Source of the DNA: Candidatus Adlerbacteria bacterium
GTDB taxonomy: Bacteria > Patescibacteriota > Minisyncoccia > Phycocordibacterales > SBAW01
Direction: 5' to 3'
DNA: 56,471 nt
Assembly: GCA_029288895.1 (NCBI GenBank)
Contig: JARIGK010000004.1
Span: 241,866-298,336, forward strand
Below, in pieces: positions 1-8,848 of this stretch (its first letter is position 1; each line of letters starts with the position of its first letter). The notes beneath the pieces were generated by a model. It ran no database searches and had not been told where the DNA came from. It saw nothing but the letters and a program-made list of their open reading frames with translations. The position numbers and the translations under genes were made by a program.

Positions 1-3000
1 GGCCTCACAATTTCTGGCGGTGCAACGACGACAGGCAATGCGTACTTCGCAGGCAACGTTGGCATTGGTACAACATCGCCGTCTCAATCACTCTCTGTTG
101 CAAGCAATGCATACTTTGCAGGAAGTGCGGGATTTGGCATTAGCACTCCTGGCGCCATTGGTGTCGGTATCGTCAATTCGGGTACCGCGTTGGTTGTGGC
201 AGGCGCTGCGGCTGGTAACGCCACAGGTATATTCCAAATTAACGGCGGCTATTCAAATTCTGTTGGGTTGCGTTTCTCACAAAACTCTGCAACCGACGCA
301 TCAATAATTAACAACCAAGCGTCAGACGGAACTATCGCAATTCAAACAAACTCACAAAATGCACTCTACATAAATAGCAGCCAACAGATAGGCATCGGTA
401 CAACCTCTCCATCGCAGATTCTTTCACTGCAGGGCAGTGAATATGTTAGCGGCACATCATTCTTTGGCGGCGCTATCACTGCGACATCAACATTTACTCT
501 TTCTGGCCTTGCAACGTTCAACGGCGGGGCAGCGCTTGCGGGGCAGAGCATCACGGGCGGCGGCCTTATCCAATCGAACAACACGAGCGGTTATCAATTT
601 GGTTCGGGCGCACCGTCGGCTTCCGTCCCAACCCTTATCCCGAACCGATCGACGACGAACGCAGGTATCGGCGCCGATACTGCAGGCGATGTCTCTATCA
701 TCACCAACAACGGCGGTGGTACGACAGAAATGCTCCGCGTCGGAGCGACGGCCTCGGTGTTCCTTAACGGCAACGTCGGCATTGGCTCAGCAGCAACGAC
801 TCCTCAGGCGCAGCTTGAATCGCGCAACGACGGAAGTGCGATGCAGGACCTTATCAATGTGCGCAACAACAATACGACACCAAACGGTACGTTAGGATCC
901 CGCATCGGCTTTGGCGTATACAGAAACGTTGATGCGTCGGCGCTGGGTGCTTCTATCGACGCGATCAATACAAGCGGCACCGCAAACGGCAATAACTCAC
1001 AGGGCGCTACACTCGTCTTCAATACCACCGCTGAAGGAAGCCAGGGCCTCCAGCAGCGTATGACGATTTTAAATACAGGCAACGTTGGCATCGGCACCTC
1101 GACTCCCTACGCAGGGCTTTCTGTATGGGGGACTGCATCAGGTAAGCTTGCAGAATTTGTAACATCAGCATCATCATCGGCACTTTCTATTTCGGCAACT
1201 GGGTTTGGCACCACAACTGTGACGGGCTTTGCGGTAAACGGCTCAGCAACATCGACATCAAACGTCGGCTTTAACCTCACTGCTGGCTGCTTCGCAATCA
1301 ACGGTTCGTGCATTGGTTCGGGTTCGGGCGCATCACTTACTGCCGCAAACACATGGACGCAGTTGCAAACATTTAGTGCAGCATTTTTGTCTCTCGCGTC
1401 GTCGACCATTGGCAACAGCAACCAGAACGGCGGCCTCACCATCAACGGTGGCGCAACAACCACGGGCAGTGCATACATTTCAGGCAGCTTGAGGATTGGT
1501 ACACAAGCCTCTGGCTCGCAACTTGGAAACAACAATAACAACACGGCAGACTCTGGCGGTACGGGTCAAGGCACGACTGCATTGAACTGGAATCAAAACT
1601 CTGCAGGGTATGTTGGTCTTTTCTACAATGCAGACACTACCGCAAACGGCAACGGCCTTATTGTTAAAGGTGCAGCAAATAGCACTAACTCGCTTCTCTC
1701 TGTCGATTTCGGTACTACGCAAGGAACTGCCGGCACATCGCTCTTTAAAGTATTTGGTAACGGCAACGTTGGTGTTGGCACATCGTCACCTGGCACACTA
1801 CTTTCTATAGGTGGTTCGGGCACCGGTGTTAACTTCATCGACAATGGCACCACAACATTTAGCGGCAAAGGCATAAACTTACAAAACGGCGGCTGCTTTT
1901 CTATCCGTGGCACCTGTGTTGGGTCGGGAAGTGGTGCGTCGCTTTCTGTTGCCAACACCTGGACTGCGCTCCAAACATTCCAGAACGCATTTATCTCGCA
2001 AGCATCGTCGACAGTCGGTTCGGGCGCACAAGCCGGCGGCCTTACCATTTCAGGCGGTGCAACAACCACCGGCAATGCGTACTTTGTGGGTAACGTTGGT
2101 GTCGGTACAAACAACCCGCAAGAGGCCATGCATGTAAAAGCATCAAGCGGTACGGTACGCAGCTTGCTTGAAAACACATCGCCAACAGGGTTTGCCGAGT
2201 TCCAAGAGAAGAGCGACACCGGCGACTTCCGCATGGGTATCAGCGGCTCATCAGGTACGCCGTTTGGCTCGAGCGGAATGGCCGGCTACTTCGACGTGGT
2301 CTCCAACGTACCGATGCTCTTTGGTACGAACAATCAGATCCGCATGACGGTAACTAACGATGGTCTTATAGGCCTCGGCACCATGACGCCGGGTTCATTT
2401 GGTAGCGGATTCACAAACAGACTTGATGTTTCTGGAACGGGAGGTGCCGTCGCTGCGTCTGTGGGCCCGACAGACGACAATGTTGGCGTCTTTAACCTCC
2501 GTTCTAACAATAAATTCTGGCAGTTCACAACACGCACAAGTGCGGAATCAAACCGCTTTGGGTTGTATTACAACAACGGCTCAACATATACGAATGAACT
2601 ATTGAGCATCGCAACGAGCGGCAACGTTGGTATCGGCACGACAACATCAAACTGGAACTTGCAGGTTGCAGGTACACGCCCGACATTTGCACTCTCAGAT
2701 ACATCAGCTGGTACAAACCTCAAACATTGGCTCTTCTCATCGATGGGAGGCAACCTCTACATCGGCACATCGACCGATGCGTATGCAACATCAAGCCCAG
2801 CGTCGTTGGCGTTGTTGGGTAACGGAAACGTCGGTATCGGTACCTCGACGCCGTGGGCAGACTTCACCGTCCAAGGCAGCGACAACGTCAACCAAATCTT
2901 TGACGTTACAACAGTTGCTGGCGCATCGGCGATGCATATTACAGCGGCAGGTAAAGTCGGCCTCGGCACTACCACATCACAGTGGAACTTGCAGGTTGCT

Positions 3001-4446
3001 GGTACGCGCCCTGTCTTTGCGTTGTCTGACTCATCTGCTGGCGCAAACAGCAAACACTGGTTGTTCTCAAGCCAGGGCGGCAACCTCTACATCGGCACAT
3101 CGACTGATGCATATGCGACATCGTCGCCTTCGAGCCTTTCGTTCTTGAACAACGGCCGCATTGGTATCGGTACTTCATCGCCAACATCGCTCTTGTCTGT
3201 CGCGGGCAATACCTACTTCGGTTCAGGTACCGCATCAACGATGACCATCCATTCCGGTATCATCAACCACTTTATCCAGTCGACAACGACGATCCCAGGA
3301 ACAGGTGTTGGTGCGTGGACAATTGCCTCATCGACAGCTGTGGGAGCAAACCCAATTTTGAGTATTAACAGTGCTGGCGGCGCAACAACAACCATCAGCT
3401 TCTTTGGTGCAACCACCACAGGTCTTACTGGCGGTGTTGGTACGCCCGTGAACGCCAGCTATCAAAACGGCCTTATCATCGGCAACGGTAAAGTGCTTTC
3501 AAGCGTTACGATTGCAAAAGGCAGCCTCTGTGTTTCAGGCGCTGGCTGGTGTACGGCATCTTCGACAGGCGGTTTCGGCGGCTCTGTCACTGCCCGCAAC
3601 TACATCACCACTGCAACGGTCGACGTCGCTGAAATGTTCCCGTCCGATATACCGCTTGATGCGGGTGACATCGTTGCAATTTCATCGACAACGGCAGCAA
3701 CATCAACGCTGACACGCGCAACACCTGCTATGAGCTCCACGCTTGTAGGTATTGTCTCAACCGACCCAGGTCTTATCTTGGGTAACGATGGCACGGCAGG
3801 GAAGTATGCAATCGCGCTCGCGGGCCGCGTACCGGTGCATGTGACGCTCGAGGGTGGCCCTATCGCGCAAGGCGACCGCATCACGCTTTCGACCACGACG
3901 CCGGGCTTTGGTATGAAGGCGGGGGCAAATGACCCAACTGTCGGCATTGCGCTCGAGCCGTTTACTTCAGCGTCCACAGGAAATAGCATCTTGGCCTTTG
4001 TTCAACTTCAAAACCCGCTCGACACGAAGTCGCTGGGCTTGGTGCAGCATGCAGCACAGATGTTTGATTCAATTGGTGCCGCCCTTGGCGAATTGGCAGA
4101 CGAGCTCTTTACGACAACAACACAAGCAACCAAATTTATCGCAGGCGAAATTGTTGCAAAAACGGCCGTCGTAGGAAAATTGTTTACACAGCATCTCTTT
4201 GCACAGCAGGCAGACGTCGGTACTGCTGATGCGCCTGCAGGCATTACACTCTACGACACCGCAACGCATGCGCCGTACTGCCTCACAATTACCAACGGCG
4301 CTCCGACTGCAGCGCCAGGCGTCTGCGGAAGTGCGCCAACACCGGCACCTGCATCAAACCCAGCACCTGCTCCGGATGCACCATCTACAGATAGTTCGAC
4401 GTCAACAGATTCGGCTACTTCGACCGATAGCGGCTCGGGCAACTAA
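1..4446 (+). CDS. giant secreted fibre-like repeat protein, 5' end cut by the window edge
   Basis: Frame 1 is open from nt 1 (GLTISGGATTTGNAYFAGNVGIGTTSP) into the listed ORF 190..4446, so the gene starts upstream. At least 10 copies of G(N/K/R)(V/I)G(I/V/L)GT(S/T)x(P/S). Gly/Ser/Thr/Asn-rich. C-terminal module VDVAEMFPS..GDIVAIS..LVGIVST..GRVPVHV..GDRITLS, then a Pro/Ser/Thr/Asp tail. Confidence 0.8.
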   Translation, partial: GLTISGGATTTGNAYFAGNVGIGTTSPSQSLSVASNAYFAGSAGFGISTPGAIGVGIVNSGTALVVAGAAAGNATGIFQINGGYSNSVGLRFSQNSATDASIINNQASDGTIAIQTNSQNALYINSSQQIGIGTTSPSQILSLQGSEYVSGTSFFGGAITATSTFTLSGLATFNGGAALAGQSITGGGLIQSNNTSGYQFGSGAPSASVPTLIPNRSTTNAGIGADTAGDVSIITNNGGGTTEMLRVGATASVFLNGNVGIGSAATTPQAQLESRNDGSAMQDLINVRNNNTTPNGTLGSRIGFGVYRNVDASALGASIDAINTSGTANGNNSQGATLVFNTTAEGSQGLQQRMTILNTGNVGIGTSTPYAGLSVWGTASGKLAEFVTSASSSALSISATGFGTTTVTGFAVNGSATSTSNVGFNLTAGCFAINGSCIGSGSGASLTAANTWTQLQTFSAAFLSLASSTIGNSNQNGGLTINGGATTTGSAYISGSLRIGTQASGSQLGNNNNNTADSGGTGQGTTALNWNQNSAGYVGLFYNADTTANGNGLIVKGAANSTNSLLSVDFGTTQGTAGTSLFKVFGNGNVGVGTSSPGTLLSIGGSGTGVNFIDNGTTTFSGKGINLQNGGCFSIRGTCVGSGSGASLSVANTWTALQTFQNAFISQASSTVGSGAQAGGLTISGGATTTGNAYFVGNVGVGTNNPQEAMHVKASSGTVRSLLENTSPTGFAEFQEKSDTGDFRMGISGSSGTPFGSSGMAGYFDVVSNVPMLFGTNNQIRMTVTNDGLIGLGTMTPGSFGSGFTNRLDVSGTGGAVAASVGPTDDNVGVFNLRSNNKFWQFTTRTSAESNRFGLYYNNGSTYTNELLSIATSGNVGIGTTTSNWNLQVAGTRPTFALSDTSAGTNLKHWLFSSMGGNLYIGTSTDAYATSSPASLALLGNGNVGIGTSTPWADFTVQGSDNVNQIFDVTTVAGASAMHITAAGKVGLGTTTSQWNLQVAGTRPVFALSDSSAGANSKHWLFSSQGGNLYIGTSTDAYATSSPSSLSFLNNGRIGIGTSSPTSLLSVAGNTYFGSGTASTMTIHSGIINHFIQSTTTIPGTGVGAWTIASSTAVGANPILSINSAGGATTTISFFGATTTGLTGGVGTPVNASYQNGLIIGNGKVLSSVTIAKGSLCVSGAGWCTASSTGGFGGSVTARNYITTATVDVAEMFPSDIPLDAGDIVAISSTTAATSTLTRATPAMSSTLVGIVSTDPGLILGNDGTAGKYAIALAGRVPVHVTLEGGPIAQGDRITLSTTTPGFGMKAGANDPTVGIALEPFTSASTGNSILAFVQLQNPLDTKSLGLVQHAAQMFDSIGAALGELADELFTTTTQATKFIAGEIVAKTAVVGKLFTQHLFAQQADVGTADAPAGITLYDTATHAPYCLTITNGAPTAAPGVCGSAPTPAPASNPAPAPDAPSTDSSTSTDSATSTDSGSGN
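1288..2109. repeat. intragenic duplication, two 72-aa units 606 nt apart
   Basis: Units at 1288..1503 and 1894..2109: CF(A/S)I.G.C(I/V)GSGSGASL..ANTWT.LQTF..AF(L/I)S.ASST(I/V)G...Q.GGLTI.GGATTTG.AY. A partial third copy of the GLTISGGATTTGNAY end lies at nt 1..45. Confidence 0.85.
2620..3183. repeat. intragenic tandem duplication with a 330-nt (110-aa) period
   Basis: 2620..2853 and 2950..3183 both encode G.VG(I/L)GTTTS(N/Q)WNLQVAGTRP(T/V)FALSD.SAG.N.KHWLFSS.GGNLYIGTSTDAYATSSP.SL..L.NG..GIGTS.P. The W codons sit at 2653 and 2983. Confidence 0.9.
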
Positions 4447-5438
4447 ATAGCGTTGTATACAGTAGCCGAGAGGCTCTGGAGCACCCCGACCAAGTCATTA
4501 AAATTCGTACCCTCCGTCATCACACATATAAGGTACGGGTGCGGGTCTTTATATACGATGCCGCAGTCATGGAGTTCGCGCGTGACGATGGTACCGTTTG
4601 CGCCCTCCACTTGGCGCTCGCCAAATTTATGCGCGACAAGAACATCGCTCGGGATTGGCTGTGCGATGCCTGGGAAAGCCGTATGCGTCATCATTTCGAG
4701 CACTGCCTCTGATTGGTCGTGATCGAGATATGCAGCGTTGTAGAGCATACGCAAAATACCGCCGTAGCTTTTTGCTGACACATAATCTACCGAGCCGCCG
4801 CCTGCTGGAATTTTGACACCAAGGTCGATGAAGGTTTGATCAAGAATATCTTTGTTGATGTGGTTGCCGAGCAGGTCAGCCGCATTATTATCTGAGTCGA
4901 TGATCATGTGGTGGATCAATTCGTCTACCGTGTACGTCTTTCCAACGACAAGCGGGTCTGCCGGTTTAAAATCTTGCGTGTCAGTATAGTCTGCCGACTG
5001 TAATTGAAGTTGCGACGAGAGGATGCTCGGGTCGAGGCCGCTAATTTTGTAATACGCCATCATGAGCGGCAGCTTCATAAGCGATGCAGGTGCATAGACA
5101 TCATTTTCGTTAGCGCCTGCCCATTGTTGGCTTGTAAGGTCGCGGACGAATATAGAAACACGTTTTGCTTTGCCTTCGCGCACATACAATGCTGCGGCTG
5201 AGTCGAGCGTTGCGTCGAGTGCGTGCATACGCTCTGTGTTATCGTCGAGCGTTATGCAATCGAGCGAGCGGCTAATCAATGGGTATTGGTCGCGACATGT
5301 ATCGCGGTCGCGTTTTGCAACAACGTATGCACGCGTGCCTGTTGCTACATAGATAAAGAAGAGAATGCCTGCACCAGCAACAAAACCAACAAGAATGTAT
5401 GGCCACTGATGCTTGGTGTTGAGTAAAAACTGCTTCAT
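4443..5438 (-). CDS. membrane-anchored class A beta-lactamase-like serine hydrolase (penicillin-binding fold)
   Basis: N-terminal TM helix. SxxK motif (ASLMKLP), SDN motif (IIDSDNNAADLL) and a KTG-like HKFGE. Its stop overlaps the stop of the convergent giant ORF by 4 nt (4443..4446). Confidence 0.7.
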   Translation of the reverse strand: MKQFLLNTKHQWPYILVGFVAGAGILFFIYVATGTRAYVVAKRDRDTCRDQYPLISRSLDCITLDDNTERMHALDATLDSAAALYVREGKAKRVSIFVRDLTSQQWAGANENDVYAPASLMKLPLMMAYYKISGLDPSILSSQLQLQSADYTDTQDFKPADPLVVGKTYTVDELIHHMIIDSDNNAADLLGNHINKDILDQTFIDLGVKIPAGGGSVDYVSAKSYGGILRMLYNAAYLDHDQSEAVLEMMTHTAFPGIAQPIPSDVLVAHKFGERQVEGANGTIVTRELHDCGIVYKDPHPYLICVMTEGTNFNDLVGVLQSLSATVYNAI

Positions 5439-5446
5439 TGGTTTTC

Positions 5447-5452
5447 AATATA
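5447..5452 (-). promoter_or_regulatory. -10 box TATATT, 8 nt before ATG 5438 (leaderless type)
   Basis: The minus strand reads TATATTgaaaaccaATG. Confidence 0.45.
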
Positions 5453-5453
5453 C

Positions 5454-5459
5454 TATACT
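5454..5459 (+). promoter_or_regulatory. -10 box TATACT, 6 nt before ATG 5466 (leaderless type)
   Basis: TATACTgtgtgtATG. It shares the 27-nt divergent intergenic region with the box at 5447..5452. Confidence 0.45.
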
Positions 5460-5465
5460 GTGTGT

Positions 5466-6512
5466 ATGCGAGGTCTGCTCTCTGGAATTTTTTCAACACT
5501 ACTCGTTCTATATATATGTGTCACTGCAGCGCCAGTGCAGGCGGATGTAGCATCTACCCACTACAAAATTTTAGGGCCAACGATAAGCCCTGGCGGCACC
5601 GGGTCGTCCGCGAGCTATAAACTCTCAGGCACAGAAGGCGAAGTGGCGCATAACGGCGGCTCGTCGGCGAGTTATAAATTACAACTTGGCTTCTTCTCAT
5701 TTCCAGTGGTGACGGCGCCGGTGCTGTCGGTGCAGACAGGGAACGCCAGTGGCCGCGCGGATTTGAGTTGGTCTGCAGCCATTCCGTATCTTGGCTATAC
5801 CGTCTCTTCATATAACGTTGGCTACGCCACAGCATCGGGCGGCCCATACACATTTGTATCTGCAGGCAATGTGCTGACATACAACGTATCGTCGCTTACA
5901 AATGGTACGCCATATTACTTTGTTGTCACGGCGCTTGATAATACAAACATTACTATCGCGACGTCGAGCGAAGTAACCGCCACACCTGTAGCGCCATCGC
6001 TCACCTTTGTTGTGGATTCTGGTTCGCAGTCGCTGCCGACGTTTACGCCAGGTTCGCTCACTGCAACATCAAGTATCCTCACGGTGAAGACAACGAACCC
6101 CACAGGTTTTGTTACAACACTTTCTCGCGCAACGGTTTCAGGAACGCTGGCATTAAATACAGACAGTTCCGTCGTTATTCCAGACAAAACAGACTGGACC
6201 GCGCCAGCAGCAACAACAACAAGCGGCCCGACAACGGCATCGACAACGCAACCACTGACACTGCAGTTCCGCCTGTGGAAGGCAATGACCGATACGCCAA
6301 ACTATTCGACTGCATGGTGGGGCGCAGACGATACATCGTCTGGCGCGCTCTTTGCAGGCATCCCGTCAACAACGCAGTCGATAGCGAACCGCTCGACATC
6401 GGCACTTTCGACAACCACATTGCGCGTGTTGTATGACTTGAACGTGCCCGTAACGCAAAAGACAGGTACGTATACTGGCAGTGTTGTGTATTCGGTGACA
6501 GCGAATCCGTGA
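5466..6512 (+). CDS. secreted protein with an FN3 domain and a C-terminal WxL-like beta-sandwich domain
   Basis: Start moved to ATG 5466 (MRGLLSGIFSTLLVLYICVTAAPVQA signal peptide). FN3-like segment LSWSA..GYTVSSYNVGYA..GTPYYFVVTALD. The C-terminal ~170 aa is paralogous to the next gene (TNPTGFVTTLS / TDWTAPAA / WWG..D / GIPS / GTYTGSVVYSVTANP). Confidence 0.6.
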   Translation: MRGLLSGIFSTLLVLYICVTAAPVQADVASTHYKILGPTISPGGTGSSASYKLSGTEGEVAHNGGSSASYKLQLGFFSFPVVTAPVLSVQTGNASGRADLSWSAAIPYLGYTVSSYNVGYATASGGPYTFVSAGNVLTYNVSSLTNGTPYYFVVTALDNTNITIATSSEVTATPVAPSLTFVVDSGSQSLPTFTPGSLTATSSILTVKTTNPTGFVTTLSRATVSGTLALNTDSSVVIPDKTDWTAPAATTTSGPTTASTTQPLTLQFRLWKAMTDTPNYSTAWWGADDTSSGALFAGIPSTTQSIANRSTSALSTTTLRVLYDLNVPVTQKTGTYTGSVVYSVTANP

Positions 6513-6606
6513 TCTATATATAGAGGAGTGATGGATGGGGATAACGATAATAACCACTTGAGAAACCGTACGCTATACTTGTAAACGACAGGGAATTGAA
6601 TTTTCA

Positions 6607-7317
6607 ATGAACAACTCTTCATTTTCTTTTGTATACGCCCGCCAGATCGACATCGTCGATTTTACGAAGTCGCTCATCATTACAACCACGCTATTTATGG
6701 GCGTGATCCTTGCTATGCAGGCCTATGCAGCAACAGTGACGCTTTCTGTTATCGTGAACACCTCGCTTACCTTCAACACTGCAACCGATAACTTCACCAC
6801 TATCCAGCCAGGTACCGCAGTGTACGCAACAACGACGCTTTCGGTGCTGACGAACGACACAGCAGGATGGAACATTACGCTTTCGGGCGATCAAAAGAAC
6901 AGCCAGCCGCAAAACAACCTCCAGTTGAACGGCGCAACGTCAACGCAGATCTCCGACCAGACTGAATGGGTGCCCGCTGCGGCAACGTCAAGCGCTGGCA
7001 ATGCTGTGCGCATTAGCTCGCTTGTAAACTCAGGCAATGTGCTCGCGTTTCGTGTGATGTCTGCATCATCGACCAACGGCGCACCATTTTTGGCAACGTC
7101 GTGGTGGGGAACAGCCGATAACTATACCGACAATGCAAACACGCTCTGGGCCGGTATCCCGTCGTCAACAGTGCAGCGACGTGTCGGTAATGCAGGCTCG
7201 GGTTCGTACAGCTCAACGGCGCACTTAAACACTGTGCTTTACTACTTGAACGTTTCAGCGTCGCAGCCAACTGGTACGTACAACGCACCTATTACCTATA
7301 CCGCCACGGGCAACTAG
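6607..7317 (+). CDS. secreted WxL-like surface protein (paralog of the 5466..6512 C-terminal domain)
   Basis: Signal/anchor LIITTTLFMGVILAMQAYA. TNDTAGWNITLSGDQ resembles the D.RG..GW.L.V motif of WxL proteins. C-terminal end GTYNAPITYTATGN. Shares TEWVPAAAT, SWWGTADN and WAGIPSS with the upstream gene. Confidence 0.5.
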   Translation: MNNSSFSFVYARQIDIVDFTKSLIITTTLFMGVILAMQAYAATVTLSVIVNTSLTFNTATDNFTTIQPGTAVYATTTLSVLTNDTAGWNITLSGDQKNSQPQNNLQLNGATSTQISDQTEWVPAAATSSAGNAVRISSLVNSGNVLAFRVMSASSTNGAPFLATSWWGTADNYTDNANTLWAGIPSSTVQRRVGNAGSGSYSSTAHLNTVLYYLNVSASQPTGTYNAPITYTATGN

Positions 7318-7320
7318 CAT

Positions 7321-8232
7321 ATGGCAGCGAAACGATTTGCATACCTGACAGCTGCCGGGGTAGCGACAGCACTTTTTGCGTTCTCGGCTCTCCCCGCATT
7401 TGCTTCAACAGGTCTTTCTATCCAGCCAGTTAAGATCGACCAGACAATCAACCCAGGCGATGTGCTTGATGGCAGTATTTTGCTTGGCAATGCGAGCGAT
7501 GGCCCGGTTGATGTCGAAGTGAGCCTCCAAGACTTTGTGCCAACAGCGGGTGCCGATGGTATCCAGTTTATTGGCCGTACCGAAGGCGTTACCAGCGTTA
7601 TCGACTGGATCCATGTTGATACGAAAAATACTTTTTCGCTCAAACAGGGCGAGCAGATTAGCCTTCCGTACACCATCACTGCACCACTAAATGCTGAACC
7701 AGGCAGCCACTTAGGCGTCATTCTTTTTAAAGCAACGCCAAAAAATGCGCCGTCAGGCAGCATTAAAGTCGGTACACAAGTGGGTACGCTTGTGATGGTC
7801 GCAATCCCGGGCAACCATTTGGAAAAAGGAACCATTCTCGACTTTATGGTGCCGATGTTTTCGCAGAAGGGCCCTATACCGTTTGATATCAAATTCCAAA
7901 ATACTGGCACCGTACACTTCGAACCAAAAGGCACCATCATCATCCGCAATATGTTTGGCCAAAAAGCGGGCGAGGTGCCTGTCACGGGCCAGGTTGCACT
8001 GCCAACAAGCGTAAAAGAATTAAAGTTCTCATGGGACCCGGGCACATTTGCGCTCGGGCGCTACACTGCGTCGGCAACCATTTATGATGGCGAAGGCGAC
8101 GCACTTACATCTAAAGAAGTGTCGTTTTGGATCGTACCTATCTGGTACATACTCGGCTTCCTCGTTGTCCTTGTCCTTATCTACATGATCTTGCGCTACA
8201 TCAAGCGCCACGTCCGCCTGACCTTGCAGTAA
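7321..8232 (+). CDS. DUF916/DUF3324-like cell-surface protein with a C-terminal TM anchor
   Basis: Signal peptide ALFAFSALPAFAS. Two Ig-like halves: LSIQPVKIDQTINPGDVLDGSILLGNASDGPVDVEV..GSHLGVILFKA, and FDIKFQNTGTVHFEPKG..LGRYTASATIYD. C-terminal helix IVPIWYILGFLVVLVLIYMIL followed by RYIKRH. Confidence 0.5.
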   Translation: MAAKRFAYLTAAGVATALFAFSALPAFASTGLSIQPVKIDQTINPGDVLDGSILLGNASDGPVDVEVSLQDFVPTAGADGIQFIGRTEGVTSVIDWIHVDTKNTFSLKQGEQISLPYTITAPLNAEPGSHLGVILFKATPKNAPSGSIKVGTQVGTLVMVAIPGNHLEKGTILDFMVPMFSQKGPIPFDIKFQNTGTVHFEPKGTIIIRNMFGQKAGEVPVTGQVALPTSVKELKFSWDPGTFALGRYTASATIYDGEGDALTSKEVSFWIVPIWYILGFLVVLVLIYMILRYIKRHVRLTLQ

Positions 8233-8241
8233 AATACACTC

Positions 8242-8847
8242 ATGCAAACGATACGTGTCGGCGTCGCAGTCGTCCTTGGCGCGCTGGTCGTATGCGCAAC
8301 TATTGCTGCCTTTCGTACGCTGATACATGCGGGTGGTATTACGCCTACGCATTTGTTGGGCGCAACCGACACGCTTGCTATCTATGTCGACAATACTAGT
8401 TGCCCTGCTCCTGCGGGCCAGTCGTGCCAGACCAGCGCTAACATCTGCGGGCAGGTAAACACAGGCGTTATTTTGTGCGATGGCGTATGTTCGGCGACAA
8501 CAGCGCCTCCAGATTCACAATGTGTCGACAACAACCCGCCACCACCTAACACGGGCGGTGGAGGTGGTGGCGGGGGTGGGGGCGGAGGAGGTGGTGGAGG
8601 CGGCGGCCTCGCACTTGCGACCCCTACACCTGCGCCTCCGCCAGCATCGCAAAGTTGTACCGATCGAAAGAAAATTGGTGACTTTAACTGCAGCCAAAAA
8701 GTCGACCTCGGGGACTTTAGCATCTTGGCGTATTGGTTTAAACGTCCGCTTACCGACGCTGCAATCGCAGAGGGCGTCGACTTGAATCATGATGGGAAAG
8801 TGACCCTCGCCGACTTCAGCATACTCGCGTATTATTGGGGTAAGTAA
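8242..8847 (+). CDS. dockerin-containing protein with an N-terminal anchor/signal, a Cys-rich module and a poly-Gly linker
   Basis: Duplicated dockerin segments GDFNCSQKVDLGDFSILAYWF and VDLNHDGKVTLADFSILAYYW (calcium-loop D.N.DG.V). Eight Cys lie in CPAPAGQSCQTSANICGQVNTGVILCDGVCSATTAPPDSQC..SCTD..NC. N-terminal hydrophobic helix. Confidence 0.75.
   Translation: MQTIRVGVAVVLGALVVCATIAAFRTLIHAGGITPTHLLGATDTLAIYVDNTSCPAPAGQSCQTSANICGQVNTGVILCDGVCSATTAPPDSQCVDNNPPPPNTGGGGGGGGGGGGGGGGGGLALATPTPAPPPASQSCTDRKKIGDFNCSQKVDLGDFSILAYWFKRPLTDAAIAEGVDLNHDGKVTLADFSILAYYWGK
8554..8607. repeat. 18 consecutive Gly codons (mixed GGN)
   Basis: ggc ggt gga ggt ggt ggc ggg ggt ggg ggc gga gga ggt ggt gga ggc ggc ggc. 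The opposite strand produces a spurious poly-Pro ORF. Confidence 0.95.
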
Positions 8848-8848
8848 T

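Noticed and set aside
4443-4446. A 4-nt overlap of convergent stop codons (TAA on the plus strand, TAG on the minus strand) as a regulatory feature.
   Set aside because: It is real in the sequence, but probably just reflects tight packing with no terminator between the genes. Nothing further can be inferred.
8554-8607. A G-quadruplex or slippage hotspot in the GGN run. A shorter G-run also lies at 11401..11420.
   Set aside because: The tract is in frame and uses mixed GGN codons within an intact ORF. I cannot evaluate quadruplex formation or length polymorphism from one sequence. It is mentioned only as part of the dockerin finding.
8382-8723. A poly-proline ORF (113 aa).
   Set aside because: It is simply the reverse complement of the 18-Gly (GGN) run in the dockerin gene.
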